This document shows positions 59,348-64,000 of a DNA stretch of 64,000 bases, one piece after another. This stretch comes from Candidatus Latescibacterota bacterium (GTDB lineage: Bacteria; Latescibacterota; CBDEFO01). The stretch covers positions 3,072,001-3,136,000 of the forward strand of contig OZ252149.1 of NCBI GenBank assembly GCA_965248755.1, written 5' to 3'. Position 1 is the stretch's first letter. Each line of letters opens with the position of its first letter. Both the position numbers and the translations under genes were made by a program. The notes below the pieces were generated by a model. The model made no database searches. It was not told the origin of the DNA and saw nothing but the letters and a program-made list of their open reading frames with translations.

Positions 59348-62017
59348 TCAGGGAGTCAACGCCTCTATATTCTTCGTGAGTTTCTCTATACTGGTTCTGT
59401 ACTCGTCCCTTTTTGCCCTTTCCCTCTCCACGACCTCTTTGGGAGCTTTCTCGACGAAGGAATTATTCTCCAATTTCTTCTGCGAGCCTTGCAGAAGGCT
59501 GGTGAAGCGATTGATCTCCTTTTCGAGTCGGACTCTCTCCACATCCAGGTCGATTAGTCCGCCTAAAGGCACGAAGATGACAGTTCCCTCGGAAACCCCT
59601 GTGGCTGAAGCGGCAGGTATTGTTGCTCCATCCTCCAGAAAAAATACATGCTGTGCCGCCGTAAGTGATGCGATGTAGGATTTGTTACTTTCAAGTATCG
59701 AGCGACTATCCTGTGAATCCGGCACAAGGCCTACTTCAACTTTCGAGGAGGGGGGGACATTCATCTCAGCTCTTATATTCCGTGCGGACATCGTGACCCC
59801 CTGAATCTTACGCATCTTTCTTTCGGCATCTTCGTCGATAAGTTCATCGTCAGGCTCTGGCCATTCGCTGATCATAACAGTCTTGCAGTCTCCCCTTATA
59901 CCTTGAGGCAGCATCTGCCATATCTCCTCCGTGATAAAGGGCATAAAGGGATGTAAAAGCCGCATAGATGTCTCCAAAACTCTCGCCAGTATCCTCTGGG
60001 CTGAAGTTCTGGTGTCCGCATCATCGGAGTTATAAAGCCTCGGCTTGGATAGTTCGACGTACCAGTCGCAGTAATCGTGCCATATAAAGTCGTAGAGCGT
60101 TTGCGATGCTTCGTTGAATCTGAATCTTTCCAACGATGCGTTCACTTCCTTGATTGTTCTGTTGAGACGGCTCAGTATCCATCTGTCTGATAGTTCAGAT
60201 AGATCAGTCGGTGCACTCTCGGCGTCAAAGTCCTCAAGATTCATCGTGACAAACCGCGCGGCGTTCCATATCTTGTTTGTAAAGTTCCTGCCTATTTCGA
60301 CCTTGTCGTTGGAAAAGAAGATGTCCTGACCCTGCGCCTCCAAAAGGGTCACCGTAAACCTTAAAGCATCGGCTCCATACTCGGCGATAAGATCAGAAGG
60401 ATCGGGAGAATTGCCGAGTGATTTGCTCATCTTTCTGCCCTTTTCGTCCTTGATCAAGCCCGTGAAATAGACCTCATTGAAGGGACATTCCCCCCTAAAC
60501 TCGTAGCCCGCCATCACCATCCTTGCGACCCAGAAGAAGATGATGTCAGGGCCAGTAACGAGCGTGTCTGTAGGGTAGAAATAGTCAAGCTCCGGCGTCT
60601 CTTCTGGCCATCCCAACGTGGAAAACGGCCAAAGCCACGATGAAAACCAAGTGTCCAGGACGTCCTCGTCCTGTCTAAATGTGCCGTTTCCGCACTTGGA
60701 GCACTTTTCTGGTTCGGGGATCGAGACTACGAACTCATCGCATCCGTCGCAGTACCACACTGGGACCCTGTGTCCCCACCAAAGCTGGCGCGAGATGCAC
60801 CAATCCCGAATGTTTGAAAGCCAGTCCAGATATACCTTCGTCCAGCGTTGATGATATATCTTCAGTTTCCCTTCCCTAACAGCTTGAATGGCAGGTTTTG
60901 CCAACTCGTCCATCTTCACGAACCACTGCTCGGAAAGATATGGCTCGACCGTTGTGTCACACCTCTGGCAGTGGCCTATAGAATGAACATGATTTTCTAT
61001 CTTCGCTATCAGCCCACCCCTTTTCAGATCCTCAACTAAAGACTTCCGGCACTCGAATCTATCCATCCCACTGTATCTTTCTCCCGCATTTTCGTTCATA
61101 GTCCCGTCTTTGTTCATCACAAGCACCTGCGGGAGATTGTGCCTACGTCCGATGTCGAAGTCGTTGGGATCGTGAGCAGGCGTTACTTTGACCGCACCCG
61201 TTCCAAATTCGGGATCTACGAAGTCATCTGCCACCACCGGTAGCTCCCTGCCTACGGCAGGCAAAATCAGCGTCTTTCCGACTAGATCCTTATACCGTTC
61301 ATCTTTGGGATTGACAGCCACTGCCGTATCTCCCAACATGGTCTCTGGCCTCGTGGTGGCGACCGTCACGAATCTTTCATCTTCTCCCTTGACCGGATAC
61401 TTGATTGACCACAGATGTCCATTTTCCTCCTGATGTATAGATTCTTCGTCGGAAAGAGCTGTGTGGCACCTTGAACACCAGTTGATTATGTATTCTCCTT
61501 TATAGATAAATCCCCTTTCGTAGAGCCTGACAAACGCCTCCAGAACAGATCTGTAATGGTCTTCATCCATTGTGAATCGTTCTCTTGCCCAGTCGCAACT
61601 GCATCCAAGTCCCTTAAGCTGTCGGATGATCGCGCCACCGTATTTTTCATTCCACTTCCAGACGATCTCGAGGAACTTTTCCCTGCCGAGGTCGTATCGT
61701 GTTTTGCCTTCCTTTGCAAGTTCCTTTTCGACGACGTTTTGCGTGGCTATGCTGGCGTGATCGGTGCCTGGCATCCACAGTGTCTCGAACTCCTGCATCC
61801 TCCGTCTTCTAATGAGAACATCCTGGAGCGTGTTGTTGAGGACGTGCCCCATCGTAAGTATGCCCGTAATATTTGGAGGTGGGATAACTATCGTGTAGGG
61901 CTTCTTATCCCGATTCGGCTTTGCGTGGAAGAGTAAATTCTCTTCCCAGTAGCGATACCATCTTTCTTCGACTGTCTTGGGATTGTATACTTTCTTCATA
62001 GTTTTCTGTGCCATCAT
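59348..62017 (-). CDS. valS: Valine--tRNA ligase
   Basis: PPPNITG, WCISRQLWWGH, DVLDTWFSS, KMSKS, C-terminal coiled coil. Confidence 0.98.
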   Translation of the reverse strand: MMAQKTMKKVYNPKTVEERWYRYWEENLLFHAKPNRDKKPYTIVIPPPNITGILTMGHVLNNTLQDVLIRRRRMQEFETLWMPGTDHASIATQNVVEKELAKEGKTRYDLGREKFLEIVWKWNEKYGGAIIRQLKGLGCSCDWARERFTMDEDHYRSVLEAFVRLYERGFIYKGEYIINWCSRCHTALSDEESIHQEENGHLWSIKYPVKGEDERFVTVATTRPETMLGDTAVAVNPKDERYKDLVGKTLILPAVGRELPVVADDFVDPEFGTGAVKVTPAHDPNDFDIGRRHNLPQVLVMNKDGTMNENAGERYSGMDRFECRKSLVEDLKRGGLIAKIENHVHSIGHCQRCDTTVEPYLSEQWFVKMDELAKPAIQAVREGKLKIYHQRWTKVYLDWLSNIRDWCISRQLWWGHRVPVWYCDGCDEFVVSIPEPEKCSKCGNGTFRQDEDVLDTWFSSWLWPFSTLGWPEETPELDYFYPTDTLVTGPDIIFFWVARMVMAGYEFRGECPFNEVYFTGLIKDEKGRKMSKSLGNSPDPSDLIAEYGADALRFTVTLLEAQGQDIFFSNDKVEIGRNFTNKIWNAARFVTMNLEDFDAESAPTDLSELSDRWILSRLNRTIKEVNASLERFRFNEASQTLYDFIWHDYCDWYVELSKPRLYNSDDADTRTSAQRILARVLETSMRLLHPFMPFITEEIWQMLPQGIRGDCKTVMISEWPEPDDELIDEDAERKMRKIQGVTMSARNIRAEMNVPPSSKVEVGLVPDSQDSRSILESNKSYIASLTAAQHVFFLEDGATIPAASATGVSEGTVIFVPLGGLIDLDVERVRLEKEINRFTSLLQGSQKKLENNSFVEKAPKEVVERERAKRDEYRTSIEKLTKNIEALTP

Positions 62018-62071
62018 TATCCCCTATAAGGAGTTAAAACACACTTTTCCGATCATACCACATATTGGACA

Positions 62072-62100
62072 AAGATACGCAGATAGCTGGCGAAAGTCAA
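62072..62100 (-). promoter_or_regulatory. Putative valS promoter
   Basis: TTGACT-17-TATCTT on the minus strand. Confidence 0.45.
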
Positions 62101-62284
62101 GGAGAAGGAGGGGGTAAACAATAGACAGGGATGCCGGTTCCCCACATGCACTCCTTTCTTGACTTTCCTGTTGCGTTGTAATATTTTAAATAGTCTGAAA
62201 GATATTTTAGCTCGTAAAACTTATGTTGTGAGGGATAGCCGCGGATGGCTTCTGTGGAGGTTCACGGAGAGGGAAGCTCACGGA

Positions 62285-63130
62285 GTGGTTCTTTTGAAAA
62301 TAATGCTCATTGCCATTGGATTTGTTTTATTCTGTTCATTAATTCAGTTTTTGGCAAGTATTCATCCGCCCCGCTACTATGACCACCGGAGGCCTTCAGA
62401 TTACGGCTTAAAATATGAAAGTGTATCGTTTATGACATCTGATAAAATAAACATTAAAGGATGGCTGATTAGCTCCCGGAGTGCCGTTGGAACTCTAATA
62501 ATTGGGCATGGATATCCATTTGACAAAGGAAACATACTCCCTGTTGTAACGTTTCTATACCCCGATTATAATTTGCTCTTGTACGACCATCGCTATTTCG
62601 GTGAAAGCTCCGGATCAATAACTACGGTCGGAGCACGTGAAGTAGAGGATGTGAAAGCAGCTTTTAACTTTGTTACGGAAAGATTTGGCCAAGAAGAACC
62701 TATCGCTCTATATGGGTTTTCGCTCAGTGCATCGGTGATGTTGATGACCAAGTTGCAGGTTAAGGCTATTGTTGCTGACTCGCCGTATGCCGATTTAGAA
62801 CAAATGATTAAGCAGGTCTATGGGATATTAGGTCCGTTGAAATTTCCTTTTGTACAGACAACAAACATTCTTGCTAAAATGTTTTTGAGAATGGATCCAA
62901 GGAAGGTATCTCCAGCATTTTCTGTTAAAGATACAAATATTCCGATATTGATCATTCATGGGGAAAAGGACAGTCAGATTCCAGTTGAAAATGCATATGT
63001 TCTCAAAGCAAGCAACCCTGATATAGAACTCTGGATAGTAAAAGACAGCGATCATGGTCAAGCCTTTGCACTTTTCAAAGATGAATACGAGCACCGCATT
63101 AAGTCGTTCTTAAGAAAGCATATGCAATAG
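62285..63130 (+). CDS. Membrane-anchored alpha/beta hydrolase
   Basis: N-terminal TM; YDHRYFGES; GFSLS nucleophile elbow; IIHGEKD; DHG. Start uncertain. Confidence 0.85.
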   Translation: MVLLKIMLIAIGFVLFCSLIQFLASIHPPRYYDHRRPSDYGLKYESVSFMTSDKINIKGWLISSRSAVGTLIIGHGYPFDKGNILPVVTFLYPDYNLLLYDHRYFGESSGSITTVGAREVEDVKAAFNFVTERFGQEEPIALYGFSLSASVMLMTKLQVKAIVADSPYADLEQMIKQVYGILGPLKFPFVQTTNILAKMFLRMDPRKVSPAFSVKDTNIPILIIHGEKDSQIPVENAYVLKASNPDIELWIVKDSDHGQAFALFKDEYEHRIKSFLRKHMQ

Positions 63131-63140
63131 GAGGACTACG

Positions 63141-63911
63141 ATGGAGTTTGACGGAAAAGTAGCAGCCGTAACTGGCGCAGCGACAGGGATAGGTAGAGCC
63201 ACTGCCATCGCCTTCGCGAGAGAGGGCGCTTCTGTGGCAGTCGTGGATGTCAACGATGAAGAGGGCGTCCTGACTACAGATGGTATAAAAGAGAAGGGCG
63301 GGCAAGCAATCTTCGTCCATGCCGATGTGTCCTTATCTTCCGACGCCGAGAAGATGGTATCCCAGGTCGTGCAGGAACTCGGAGGCATAGACATCCTCCA
63401 CAACAACGCAGGCATACAGCACTACGGCTCTGTCACGACTACAACAGAAGAGGACTGGGACAAGGTGTTGGATATAAATCTCAAAAGCGTCTATCTTTGC
63501 TCCAAATACGCCATACCCGAAATGCTGAAACGCGGTGGCGGAGCCATAGTCAACACCGCATCGGTTCAGGGACTCGCAACGCAAAAGGATGTTGCTCCCT
63601 ATGCAGCGTCAAAAGGAGGCATGATCGCACTTACTCGCAATATGGCGCTCGACTACGCCGAACACAAGATAAGAGTCAACTGCATCTGCCCCGGCGCGAT
63701 AGACACCCCTATGCTCAAATACGCGGCTGATACCCTCACAGACGACTCCGAAGCTGCAATCAAAGAGTGGGGTTTTTCCCACGCATTAGATAGGGTCGGA
63801 AGGCCAGAAGAAGTCGCAGAGATAGTCCTATTCTTGGCAAGCGAAAAGTCCTCCTTCGTCACCGGAGCCGCATACCTGGTGGACGGAGGCCTTCTTGCCT
63901 CCTTTGCATAA
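63141..63911 (+). CDS. SDR-family oxidoreductase
   Basis: TGAATGIG, NNAG, YAASK, RVNCICPG. Confidence 0.95.
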   Translation: MEFDGKVAAVTGAATGIGRATAIAFAREGASVAVVDVNDEEGVLTTDGIKEKGGQAIFVHADVSLSSDAEKMVSQVVQELGGIDILHNNAGIQHYGSVTTTTEEDWDKVLDINLKSVYLCSKYAIPEMLKRGGGAIVNTASVQGLATQKDVAPYAASKGGMIALTRNMALDYAEHKIRVNCICPGAIDTPMLKYAADTLTDDSEAAIKEWGFSHALDRVGRPEEVAEIVLFLASEKSSFVTGAAYLVDGGLLASFA

Positions 63912-63915
63912 AATA

Positions 63916-63941
63916 TAGGGGCAGACCTGTGTGTCTCCCCT
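63916..63941. repeat. REP-like hairpin
   Basis: taggggcagacctgtgtgtctcccct. Confidence 0.5.
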
Positions 63942-64000
63942 GAATATTTGCGCGAACACATTGGTTCTCTCCTACGAAATATGGCGTAAACGAGCGTGTC

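Overview
A 64 kb bacterial chromosomal segment. It probably comes from an FCB-superphylum candidate lineage such as Latescibacterota; this is inferred from FlgD/T9SS-type C-terminal domains, a dockerin, (T/S)WGxIK tails and a PorX-like regulator. 1-24 kb is a decaying accessory region: an NtrC-type regulator, two IS1595-like relics, catabolic genes, a ferredoxin-adenylate cyclase next to a Rieske protein, a double-TAXI protein, lipid enzymes and several gene fragments. 24-41.5 kb is a heavy-metal region with Cus-type and Czc-type RND operons, each led by a small Cys/His protein ending in YLI, plus a HupE/UreJ gene. 42-47.7 kb is a core block: serS, histidine kinase, porX-like, tsaE and a beta-barrel. 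It is followed by a CsoR-controlled merT-HMA operon hit by an IS3 element. 51.8-58.5 kb is an uncharacterised secreted system: three mosaic beta-helix paralogues plus a scaffold-like protein with 6+1 tandem 75-aa repeats, dockerin, cohesin-like and sorting domains. The window ends with valS, a hydrolase and an SDR. Three nested repeat families are scattered throughout: a TA-flanked MITE (4 copies), GTCATTGCG/CGCAATGAC palindromic repeats, and a 21-bp palindrome (about 15 copies) that behaves like a very small insertion element. I found no rRNA, tRNA or CRISPR array. All calls come from reading the sequence and motifs by eye; no searches were run.
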